This document shows positions 25,111 to 36,478 of a stretch of DNA of 64,000 nt, piece by piece. The translations under genes were made by a program, and so were the position numbers. The stretch's first letter is position 1; the number at the start of each line of letters is the position of its first letter. The stretch is from Nageia nagi (taxonomy: Eukaryota; Plantae; Pinophyta). Location of the stretch: positions 142,910,001-142,974,000 of the forward strand of contig JBITNC010000001.1 of assembly GCA_050084985.1 (NCBI GenBank). Reading direction: 5' to 3'. Below the pieces are notes generated by a model that worked only from the letters and a program-made list of their open reading frames with translations, searched no databases and was not told the origin of the DNA.

Positions 25111-28100
25111 TTGCTTGCTGAATGAAAAGCCCCATCATTCCTAGCTATTCAGAATGGAAGCTGGGATGGGGAATATGTATAGGTCCTAGCTCCCCCACTA
25201 TTGAACAGTCGAGTTACATGAGAGAGTACATCGCCACTGTCTTTTACCTGATGAACATCGCCACTCCATTCTTTGCGAGGAACATGAGAAAGTACATTCG
25301 GTCAGTTCTTGTCTTCTCTCCAAGTCCTTTTCTTTCAATTGTCATGAGATCTCCACCTCGTGTTCAACAGCTTCATGGTAGAAAGCATTTGTCAAGCGGC
25401 ATGAAAATTCGGAACATGAGCAATGGTTATGAAGCCAAGGAGACAAAGTAAGGGATAGTTGGGTGGGTCAAAGACGGTGAGTTTATGCAAGGTTACAGAC
25501 TAAAATAAGCCCACCATGTATGAAGGAACAGAGAATTGTTGCCACATGGTTGCACTCAATAGGTCAAGGAGATTAGTTAAAAAAAAAAAAAACAACATTC
25601 ACATTTTTGTTATGTAAACTTTTCTCAACTCATCTCATCTCATATTGAGAAGGAACTATTTGAAATCCATAATCAAATGTTTTCAACGGCAAAAATACAT
25701 GGTGAAAACTTGTTGGTATGATGGTCTTCTCACGCTATTTTGTGACTTCCCAATATATATGTATTTTTAAGTATTCTGATTTTTTCCATCAATAATTTGT
25801 GTTTGTTTCTTCAAATAATTTATCGCTACTGTCATAACATTGCATTTCCCTACTAGACTGAATTTCAGTGAAAAGACCCTCAACACTGTTCATGAGCATG
25901 AATCGGACCCTGGGTTTTTACAATAAATCCTTAACTGTTAGATTATAACTTAAATTTCTTGTTTTAATAGCCAAGGATGATGTCACTTAATGCCTGACAA
26001 CCTCTAGCACAAAGTAGCAAGATTTCCTTGTTCAAATCTCCCTACCTTTTGCAATTCCAACTTAATTGGAAATTAAAGGTATCTTGGTTTACATTCTCAT
26101 TTTGAACAAATATTACTTCAAGTAGTGTTCCCTATTTGTTGTTAATATAATCACATGATCGTAAAATATCTCATCTTTGAACTCAAATGTGAATTGAAAG
26201 ACTAAGATGACCTTTAAGATAATATAGGCTTACCTGGTAGGTGCTTTCTGAAACACCACAACTTATAGGAAATTATGCATAGAACTAACAAAGTATTAGG
26301 GTAACAATAACTGATATAGATTTTAATGGATACCAGTTGAAACAGATAAACCACAGTGAAGTCTGCTCAGGTAACACTTTCTTAGTCCACATTCAGTTGA
26401 AACATTGGTCACTACAGTAAAATGGCCTAATTGGTTGGACATGTTATCTGTTGACACAGAAGCCTTCCGTATTGGATTAAACAATTCTAAATATTAAAAT
26501 CATGAAAAATGAGTTGGATAATACCAGTGCACAGTTACAATCTTTAGAAGATGAGGCAAACAATTATTCTCCAAACACAAGCGAAATGAAGTTGAATTAT
26601 ATAATTAGGTAAGGAAAAGAATACACTGAAGCTAGACTACTTGTAAACAGGTAAAACATTACCATATAATTTAAGTTATATAATGACACCCTAGTTTATT
26701 CAGAATCCATGCTGGAACCGATATTCTTGTATTGATGATTTTTATCATTTTTTATTTTACGACATTCTAGAACTTGTCCTTCCATTGTCTATGGCTTTCA
26801 CAACTATCTTTTGATTGATTGCTGTGCGTAAATAGAAACAATGAATCATTCTCTACATTATACTCTCAGAAGAAGTTATATTTATTGGTTATTCAATTCA
26901 ATTATTAGAATTGATGATATTCAATTCTTCATTACATTGAATTTGATTGTTATACACACTCCAAAGTTTGGAGATAAGGTCAAGATAAATACTAATAGCT
27001 TAACAGATTAACTAAAATGAAACTTTCAGATCTTGAATGAAAGGCTATTGTCACGCTGCTTATTTGACACATCAGTGTCTCAATATGTACAGAGCTCATC
27101 CAAAAAGGCCACCAAAAATATTACTCACTTGAAACAACATATGTTACATCTAATATGTACCTGCCACTGTCTTCAAGAACAGATCATCTAGTATTTTGGA
27201 ATGGACAAACATTTTAAATATCACACTGCGACAACATCTGGTTCATATTATCTCTTGCTTTTGGGATGACCTTTCATTGTTTAGAATAAAGAATTACCAA
27301 GTCAATCAGGTTCCAATCTTTGTCACAAACATTTATTGTCCATGGCCAACCTCTGTGCCAGGCTGCCAGTTATGTTCCATTGACCTATTTAATATCTTCG
27401 ATTTTTGAACTTCCTCGTGCAATTGTGTACCTAAAAATCAATTCCAAATTTAAACATGGGTTTAAATTAACAAAAATGGAATACATTTTAAGTCTCCGAT
27501 AAAAAATCAACTTTTGTTTCAGCTTTTTTAAAGGAAAACAGAGTACACAAGACCTAGTGCTTCTACCCAAGGTGTCACTAATTGAACACATTTCGGGCTC
27601 ACAGGTAAACTGATGTTTTACAGATAGGTAGGTAAGAAACCAAAATCTTCCCATTAGGATCTGTTCTCTTAAGACTATGCTTACAAATATAATAACTGAC
27701 ATTGGAATCCTGCCATTTGTTACAATATGCATAAATAGCTCTGTCAACCTTGACATTGCAGAGATCTTCATTATCAATGTTCCACAAACGGACATTCAAT
27801 TAATAATTCTTCTGAGAAGAACTGAGATTCAAGAACGACGCTGGATGCAGCTGAAAGATGACTGGTGGATGTTTGTAGATTTTATGACTGAACATGCAAA
27901 GTAACGTAGCGTAGCATAGTTTGAGATGACTAATGAAACCTGATGAAAATGATATGAAATGCCGCTGGGCAGGTGAATGTTGTCTCTATTTTTTTGTGAA
28001 GTGACATAACTCAGACTCTACAAAAGAATGGCCAACCAAAAATCAAGATTGACTCCAAACTTCGCAAACACTTTGTGTATCAAAAAGTATGAGACATATT

Positions 28101-28542
28101 CAAAACCAAACAAAAGAAGAAATCAAGCGCAGATGCTTCAGATATCTATCATTTAGACATAAAATAGAAGAATATCATGCTTAAAGAAACAGTAAACAAC
28201 TAACCACTTTTGAAATTTTCTGTCCTCGAAAGGGGAAACTATTTCCCCAATGATGAATAATACATAAATGAGAAGAACATTACTGGCTGGATGATTAAAG
28301 TGATCTCAAGGCCAAAAATGACACTCAAGATCACATGAATGGCAGATGATGAAAGCAAAGTGGAAATAACTTCCGGATTGGTGTTAAATAGCAAGTTTCT
28401 GTGACTCGATGTAAAGTAGGGCTTAGTCAACATTATTCTGATAACGGTAGTGAGGTTCTTACAACCATGATGAGTCCAGTAATAGTACAGGAAGAAACCA
28501 GATTTGTACAAAAGCAAAAGCAATTAGCAAAATCCTTTTACC

Positions 28543-29823
28543 TCAAGATGTATCTTTGGGAACAAGATTTGCAAGCAATTTAACAACGTCAGAAATCAAA
28601 GGCCTCTGTTGGGAATCAAGATCTGTGCAGAGGCATGCAATCCTGAGGAACTCCTTTACTTCCTCCTCCGAATGTTGCGAAGCAGCCAATGAACTTCTCA
28701 GTGAAAGGTCCAACAAATCCATGTGCCTGCCTTCTTTAACCAGCCCATGCACCCAAGTCCAAAGAGTCTTCCTGTTTGGATCCAGTACATGAAGATTAGG
28801 CCTCCTGCCTGTCACAATCTCCATCATCAACATCCCAAAACTATAAACATCAGCCTGTTTGGTAGCAATACAACAACTCGCATATTCAGGAGGCATATAC
28901 CCCAATGTTCCAGCCGCTTGTGTCGATATATGGCTCCTATGAGAATTTATATGCCTAGCGAGTCCAAAATCAGTAATCTTTGCCTCAAAATTGTTGTCCA
29001 ATAAAATATTACTCCCCTTGATATCCCTATGAATAATATGGGGAGAACAATCATGGTGCAAATATGAAAGCCCAGCAGCCACTCCTCTGATAATCCTAAG
29101 CCTTTTCCCCCAATCCAACATAGTTCTTGAATCATGCCTCACATGCAACCATTCATCTAGGCTTCCATTCTCCACAAAGCTGTAAATCAACAACCTATCT
29201 TGTCCTGATACGCAATACCCTAAAATTTCGACCAAATTATTGTGGCGGATCCTCCCTAATGTATCCATTTCAGCCTGAAACTCCCTGATCCCCTGGCATG
29301 CATCCATGCTCAGTTTTTTCACAGCCACCACAGTCCCTGTGGGCAAAAAAGCCTTGTAAACCAATCCAAAACCCCCATCCCCAATAACCCTGTTCCTGTC
29401 AAAGTCATTGGTGGCAGTTGCTAAGTCACTCATTCTCATGCTAGGAAGTTCAGGGTCATAAGTCATACTCTCTTCACAATTGATCCCGACTGGAACCACT
29501 ATCCTCTGCTCCGGGTTTCTCACACCCCGCCTCTTATTCCTCATATGATTGTAAATCTTTTTGGGAAACAGCAGGAGAAAAATTAAAGCACCCACAACAA
29601 AAAAACCTCCAATACCTGCGGCCCCTGTGAGCAGAATGGTTTCAGTCTTGTTCATTCCCTTTTCTGGTGGGTTCTTGTGTTGATTTGGTGGTTCAACTTG
29701 ATTTGCTGCCTTATAATTCTCTCGGGATGATTGGAGTAAGAAATCATGACCACCCACTACACATTCGACATCAATCAATATGACCAAACACATAAATATT
29801 ATCTTCACTGCACTCTCCATCAT
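28543..29823 (-). CDS. Receptor-like Ser/Thr kinase with an LRR-X (PSKR/EMS1/BRI1-type) kinase domain, signal peptide, very short ectodomain and one TM helix; intronless CDS
   Basis: Intact 426-aa ORF: hydrophobic N-terminus, TM ILLTGAAGIGGFFVVGALIFLLLF, IGDGGFGLVY, VAVKKL, REFQAEMDTLGRIRHNNLV, HRDIKGSN, DFGLAR, GTLGYMPPEY, DVYSFG. Confidence 0.95.
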   Translation of the reverse strand: MMESAVKIIFMCLVILIDVECVVGGHDFLLQSSRENYKAANQVEPPNQHKNPPEKGMNKTETILLTGAAGIGGFFVVGALIFLLLFPKKIYNHMRNKRRGVRNPEQRIVVPVGINCEESMTYDPELPSMRMSDLATATNDFDRNRVIGDGGFGLVYKAFLPTGTVVAVKKLSMDACQGIREFQAEMDTLGRIRHNNLVEILGYCVSGQDRLLIYSFVENGSLDEWLHVRHDSRTMLDWGKRLRIIRGVAAGLSYLHHDCSPHIIHRDIKGSNILLDNNFEAKITDFGLARHINSHRSHISTQAAGTLGYMPPEYASCCIATKQADVYSFGMLMMEIVTGRRPNLHVLDPNRKTLWTWVHGLVKEGRHMDLLDLSLRSSLAASQHSEEEVKEFLRIACLCTDLDSQQRPLISDVVKLLANLVPKDTS

Positions 29824-29994
29824 GGTTTCGAACTTACAATGCTTATAAGCTGATCTACAAAACCATATTACAAAATATTATGAAAAAGGAGCTCTTTACA
29901 TGCATACCAAGATAGATTCAGAAGCCCAAAACTTGCAATTTGATGAATGTTAATTCGTCCACTACTGGTATCGTCCCACCTCTGCAACAAGGTT

Positions 29995-30127
29995 TGACGA
30001 AACGGGTTTTCCCTCGTTTGGCAGGTGACGTGAACTTTGACCAAGCTGGTGCTATTACTCTTCTTCCAGGATGATTCTTCATGGTTGTTGAGTCAAATAT
30101 TAAGCGTGTAAGCTTCTCAGCAGTCAA
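29995..30127 (-). promoter_or_regulatory. Cluster of W-boxes and TGACG motifs upstream of the RLK
   Basis: TTGACC 30037-30042; AGTCAA (TTGACT on minus) 30091-30096 and 30122-30127; TGACG 29995-29999; TGACGT 30026-30031. Confidence 0.5.
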
Positions 30128-30646
30128 TTTCGAGGAAGATATGAGTTTGAAATAGTCTCATTGCCCCTACCAGAAGTTTTTGTAGTGTACTAACTTTAAC
30201 CTTTCCTTGTTGCCAATCATTCAAACTTTTCAAGAGGGTGTACCATTGCACACGGAAGGAGAGCTTCGTGGAGGGTGCTATCCACACGATAACTGTCATG
30301 TGGCGGCTCCTCCTAAAGACTTCCAAAGCCAACACTGAAAACCATTGGTCAGTATAATAGTCTATATATTTAAAAATTTACTTTATCATATAGTGATCTT
30401 CAAAATTAGTTATGAATCTTGTTTTTCTTATTATTTGATTTAAATTATAGCATAGTTTGAGTTAAATGATCTCATAATTTTGTTTAAGGTTTGTCATTGT
30501 AATTTTTTTAGTTTGTCGTTTACTTTTTCGGATTTATACTTTGAAATTAGATTTTGTATGTGTGTGAGATTCTTTTTCGTCAAAGTCATCTCGGAGTTGC
30601 ACTTAGCCACATCCATATAGTTGGAACCATTGATTAGATTTAGCAT

Positions 30647-30753
30647 ATCAACATCATGTGAAGGGAGAGAGTTTCGAACATGGGACCTCCTTTTTTCTGA
30701 TTGAGAGGTTTAAACACCCACTTGGCTCTCCAATTCCACTCACATGATTTGAT
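30647..30753 (-). other. tRNA-like/SINE-head remnant with Pol III A- and B-box-like motifs inside an inverted repeat
   Basis: Minus strand: GAGCCAAGTGG ... GGTCCCATGTTCGAAACTC; flanks ATCAACATCATGTGA / TCACATGATTTGAT can pair. Confidence 0.4.
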
Positions 30754-32387
30754 TATCATTGTAATTTTGATCCTAATAGATGATCTCATATCAACTCATG
30801 CATAAATTTTAGAGGTTTAATTTACATTTTAATGTCAACCTTCATTTTTATTTCATCTAAACCTTTTCTATCAATTTTAAAAGTAAGTCATTTGGATTTA
30901 GTAAATCACCTTCTAATTTTTTCTTTCCAACCTTTTAAATGAGATTTTGTTGCACTCACAATTTTAATACAAAAATTTTAAAATTTATCATATATTATAA
31001 GTTCTATTTCTAACATATGATTGAAAATCTTAGTTTTAAAAACTTTAAGATATCTTTGAATGCTAACTAGAAGAAATGAGAGGTTTGAATAAAACCCTTA
31101 TACACCTTGAACATCTTACACAACATCTAAATATATTTCAAGAGTTTATTTTCAACAATAGTCAAAATATTATTTTATTATTTAAGGATATGAGATTGGT
31201 TAGTGAACATACGTATGCTTCATCACCACCGCTTCCCCTCTCAAAAAGCCCACCTTCACCATCATAGAAGTGTATATAATAGAAATCAGTTTGTACAAAG
31301 TGAGAAAAAGTGGTTTTAAGGATTTTGTCACAAAGTGGGTCATGCTATATTTCATTCGAAAGAGCACAAAGAGATTTTTCTAACAATGTATCATGATTTG
31401 ACACAAATGGATGTGAGGAAGTATGCATATTCCTTAGCAAATGAAAGGTTGGTTACTAGGATTTGGTGAAATGATTGAAGTCAATATGGTGATAGAAAAT
31501 ACAAGTGAGTTGTAGTGATTATAATATAAACTATAGGGTTCTATGTATAGTTGTGAAACTCTTGAAAAGCGATTTCTAATGATATTTGACTCATCAAATT
31601 TAGAGCAAAATAAATATGGTAATTCTTAATTTCTTAAGCAAAAGTGAAACTAAATACAAACTTTAACCAAGAATGCTTAGGTAAGTGTATGATGGGAAAT
31701 CATAGATTATGATGACGATTTATATATAAAGTATAACAAATTATATATTTTCGGAAAGGTCTTAGAACAAGATTTTCAATGATATAACACATACTTTAAA
31801 AGGATTTCTAGAATGAAAGTTATAGCCTCCAAAAACTAATTGGTCCTAATTAGAGTAGCATAGAATAATTATGAATTTCTCCAAAACTAATACATAAAAT
31901 TGAAAATAAATGAAAATCTACCAAGCTAAACATCCACAAAATAGATGAATGCACCTTCTATACTACTTCAAAACAAATATACAAACTTCTATAAGTAATA
32001 TATCAACATAAAAAATCCCATAATAAAAAATAACATAAATAGAATCATAGAAATATTATCTTGCTATTGCTCAATGCAAAATTATTTCAATACAATGAAA
32101 AACATCCTAATACATTCCTTCTTGTAGGAGGTTGAGTGTTTGGGACTATCTTTCAGATTGACAAAAGAATGATGTGCCCATGAAAGTGAAAGAAAATATG
32201 TGGACTTCCATACTTTACAATAGTAAGGAATAAGAGAGTATTAAACCCTCAACTACATACTTGCAAATGGAAATAAAGGCAAGTACTTAAGGTAGCTAAC
32301 TAGAGTAGCCATTGGAGGAGAAGAAAAGTTTGAATATTCAATTACCACATGCAAAAAATCAAATCATTAAAATATTAATTTATTTCA

Positions 32388-32823
32388 TTCTCCCCCTTAA
32401 TGTTAATGGTTTGTATGTCAATTTAATTCCTTAGAGTTTGAAATCAGTCTTTCACCAATGCTTTTGTGAAGATATTTGTAAGTTGATCATCGAACTTGCA
32501 AAATTTGAATTTAGTGAATCCATTCTTCACTAAATATCTCATGACATGATGGAAAATATCAATATTCTTTCTCCTTCTATGAAATATTAAATTCTTCATT
32601 AACACAATGGTGCTAATGTTGTCATAATGGATCTTGATAAATTAGAGAACCTCCACTCCAAACTCTTGAAACAACCTTACCATCCAAATTAGTTGAGTGC
32701 AAGTAGATAATGCAACTAATATTCATCCTCAATAGTGGATAGAACAACTATATGTTGCTTCTTGTTTCTCCATAAAATTAGATATTCACTATAAAAGAAA
32801 TCATAACAAAATATGATTTTCCT
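32388..32823 (-). mobile_element. Ty1/copia remnant: RNase H C-terminus plus PPT (3' LTR extends left from 32387, far end unresolved)
   Basis: KQHIVVLSTIEDEY...TQLIWM...IHYDNISTI...FHRRRKNIDIFHH...DQLTNIFTKAL; PPT AAGGGGGAG at 32390-32398. Confidence 0.85.
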
Positions 32824-33228
32824 TGTTAGCAGGAGAGAATTTCAAATGCTCAAGTAATGATAGGCGATTGACGATCAAATATTATCCCCTCACCTAGGCA
32901 ACTTAGCAAATGGTTCTTGGTATGGCGATATGAGCTTAACTAATGCATTGAAATCCTAATTACAAGTCATTATGAAGCATCAATCATCAATCCAAAGAGC
33001 CTCTTGGATCATACTAAATATAAAGAATGGGTCAAGCTAAGAGAAAGCAAAAGAGAAGAAGAAAAAATAACCCACAAGATTGATAATCCCTAAGCATAGG
33101 GTTGTAAACTAGGATATATATTTTAACATCTCATATTCTCTAGATTAGGAGAAGTTGTATGAAGTGATTTATACTATTAATAAAAAGACCCCTTACTAAA
33201 ATTCAAGTTGTTATTCTCTTTGATTTGT

Positions 33229-33260
<32 letters not shown>

Positions 33261-35226
33261 CACACACACATATCATCAATACCTTTGCACAAAAAGACTA
33301 ATTTAATATCATTTGTAGATATGAACCCTCTAACCGGTCTAACATCGATATAGAAAATTGGTCAATAGTTTCATTGCCAAAACATATACAAATAGAGATA
33401 AAGGGGATTCTTATGGCATCGTGAAAGACAATCAAACAAAAATATTTTTTAATCCAACAAAGAAGTCTATTCAAGATTGGTTTTTCAAGAAAATCAACAA
33501 ATTTGTAAATTGGATTAGTCGAAGAATAGGGTATAGCCAAATGAAGGAAATTAATTTTATATTGGGAGACAGAAGCTACGAAATATTTTAGGTAAAATTC
33601 ATCAATTTATTTTACAATTAGATTACTAAACAATCAAAATTCATAACCTGATTTGATATCCCTAATATCTAATGGAATAAGGAGAAGATAACTCAGTTGA
33701 TCCTTTCCAAAGAACCTTGGCCTAATAAATTCAATGAGTGGGTGCAACATACTATTGATATGTACACCACCAAATTTGCATTATAGTACTAGGTATATTG
33801 GGAAGAAGGAAGAGAAAATTTTCTATAAGGACCTAAGAAGATCTTCATAGAAAATCTATCTTTGATATGTAAATGTTATTTAATTGAAAAGATGCAACTC
33901 CTGATGCTCTCTCCTACTTGTAGAAAGGAGGGGGAGCATGAGGGGGTGGAGAAGATTTAGAGGAGAATGAGGCTTAATTAAATGATGAATTAAGGAAACA
34001 AAAAAGCACTCCAAGGGTCATGACATAAAGACATGATGATTGGGACAAATAGATAAAAGAGAGGGGAGGTTAAGAGTTGCAGTAGGAATAATAGTAAGAA
34101 TTTTAAGTAGATGGAAAAGGATAAGGAGAAGAAAAGAGAGGAAGAAGAGAAAAAGAGAGAGATAAGAGAATGAAATGAAGAGATTTGCTATAGCCAAGGA
34201 AGTCAGTAATTTAGGATAAATATAGAGAAACATTTTGAGGATTTATTCATACCTTTTCAAAGCTAACCTGGGATTCAACTAAACATTCTAGAGAACCCAA
34301 TGGGGATTGAAGATTTAGAGGATAGTTAGTTCATAGAAATACCCCTAAATGAAAAAGACACAACTAAGGACTAGGATACAAGAAGAATGACAAAAGGTCA
34401 AGAATCATCAAGAGAAGATAAGAGAAGGAAAGGGATTAGTAGGAGTAGAAAGAAATAAAAAATCAGAAGACCACCTTGAGATCCCTTCTATCTATTCCTT
34501 GGAAAAGAATTATCTTGATAAAAAAAAGGAAGGATTTTTAGATTTAACCAAAATCACTACCTGAAACTTTACCAATGTGTTTAAGATAAATTGAATAATT
34601 GAATCGGGATAATAAATAGACTCAAGATCCCTCATAGGAATAAATGTAGAAGTAGGAATAAGAGATAGTAGTGAACCAAATAACCATCAACTTGCCCCGA
34701 ACCTCTTGAAAAAATAGAAAAATATATTTGTTGAACCATAGACATAATGAGTTATTTAGAGAACTGAATAAGGTGAATGACTCAAACTAATAGATACTTT
34801 AAGGAAACCAAAGGATAACTAGTTATTAACTATATAACCTAGAATATAGATATTGAATACCCTTGGAGATATGACACTAACAACACAACAAAAGTATCCT
34901 TTTGAAAGATCATTCAATTTTGGATCCTCCCCACCTTTCGTGTAGACTAATCACCTAAGAGCTTCATTGACAAAGAGGAGAAAAATGGAGCCCAATACTT
35001 CAGCTAGTATAGAAAGAGAAGTTAAGGAACCAAAGTTTAAAGATATTTTCAAAGTTATAGGTGAACATTACTTTGATATAAAAGTAGGATGAGATAGAAC
35101 ATAAACCAAAAATAGACATCAATGACAAAGAGACCAATCCAACAACAACCAAAACCAAAATAAACAAAACCCATAACAAAATAACATGGTAGCAAGAAAT
35201 AACTTTACATGTAATACCAAGTTACC
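32824..35226 (+). mobile_element. Unclassified retroelement-like fragment interrupting the copia
   Basis: Begins TGTTAG where copia homology stops; purine-rich decayed ORF; ILPTFRVD*SPKSFID (~34920-34975) weakly resembles a gag start. Confidence 0.35.
33228..33272. repeat. (TA)n(CA)n compound microsatellite
   Basis: Direct inspection. Confidence 0.9.
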
Positions 35227-35842
35227 TGTAGACCTCAAAATATGCAATTATTAATTAACATAAATAAATAAATGTTCTATAGATATACAATGATATGCTT
35301 TATATCAAGTTACAACAAATGTACATGAAATGCATAAACCTGATATAGAGTGAGAAAGTAGCAAATATGTACATAATCCCCAAAGTAGAGAAGTAATGAA
35401 TCTTCATAGGATTGGGATTAGGCTTTAGAAAAACTTGAAACAAATATTTACAAGAGTGAAGCAACAAGTCGTTCCTCGAAATCTAGACTACTTGGTCTAG
35501 AAAGTGCATGCCATTAGCTATGTGGGAATAGTATGCCATTGGCTACGTAGGAATGGATGTTTTGTGTCACATGGAAAAGAGAGAGATAGCCATAGCCTAG
35601 ATATCATAACAAAATCCTCAAGATAGTCGATGTTAAGAGACACGGTAAGTTTGATGTTTGGGAGAACCACCTATCAGAGAGATCTAATAGGAGTGTCAAC
35701 CTTCACCTCCTATATTTATAACTTAGAAGGAAACAAAAAGGAGTGAAAACTGACACATACCAATAACAATAATCTTTTGTATATTCAAGATAATTTAAAA
35801 TATAAACCAAGGTAAATAATATTGCACTGTTCCTAGCACATG

Positions 35843-36478
35843 TGTTGGAATTATAATGTAATTTGGAAATGGCTATTTGCATTGTATTTTGTAATATCAT
35901 GGAATAATCCAACTTAAGTTAATAAATGGATTATCCATGAAGGTTATTATGGAACCCCACATAATATTATAATGGGGGTTTATCCACATGGGCATGTAGG
36001 CCCATAGTGTAATATACACATGCAATATATAATAGCATAATTTAATATTATGCATCATGTGATTAGGTGAAGCACCCATGTGAAGAGTGGCCTACGCACT
36101 TAGGTATAATAATTCTTAATGTAAACTCATGGTTACTTAACCATAGGTGGTTAAGTTTACTAATCACCTAGGGTTAACTTAGAGTCCTATAAAAAGACCC
36201 CATGATTAGGAGAAAAATACACTTATATACTTGAAGTATGATATGTTAGAATAGGTATTAGAGCTTATAGGAGAGTTAGTATTGTCTATTATAAATAGCC
36301 ATGGAGATATATATAGATTTCCATGTGAAGTGGATGTACTCCCTTAGTTGGAGGAACCACTATATATCTTGTGTCAATTTAGTGTGATTGATTCTTTGTT
36401 CTTAGTTTAGAATAATTGCTATTTTTGATGGAGGTCCTACAAGTGTTCTTGGGTTATGGAATCCTTCAATTTCCATCA
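35843..36478. mobile_element. Solo LTR (636 bp) inserted in the LTR above
   Basis: TGTTGGAA...TTCCATCA inverted ends; perfect TSD ACATG (35838-35842, 36479-36483); host LTR is continuous once it is removed. Confidence 0.9.

Noticed and set aside
25130-25171. miRNA precursor
   Set aside because: The stem is too short and bulged, and it matches no conserved plant miRNA I recognise
25230-25300. Hammerhead ribozyme (CTGATGA core; retrozyme idea)
   Set aside because: No correctly placed GAAA and no stems I/III; the other CTGATGA hits (~27941, ~58157) also lack the fold
27196-28523. Several 60-136-aa ORFs downstream of the RLK
   Set aside because: No recognisable motifs, overlapping on both strands, composition typical of non-coding DNA
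28556-29004. Plus-strand ORFs of 78 and 93 aa
   Set aside because: Antisense shadows of the kinase CDS
29918-30335. Two minus-strand ORFs upstream of the RLK as uORFs or missing ectodomain exons
   Set aside because: No LRR pattern, they overlap promoter-like motifs, and the RLK has its own signal peptide
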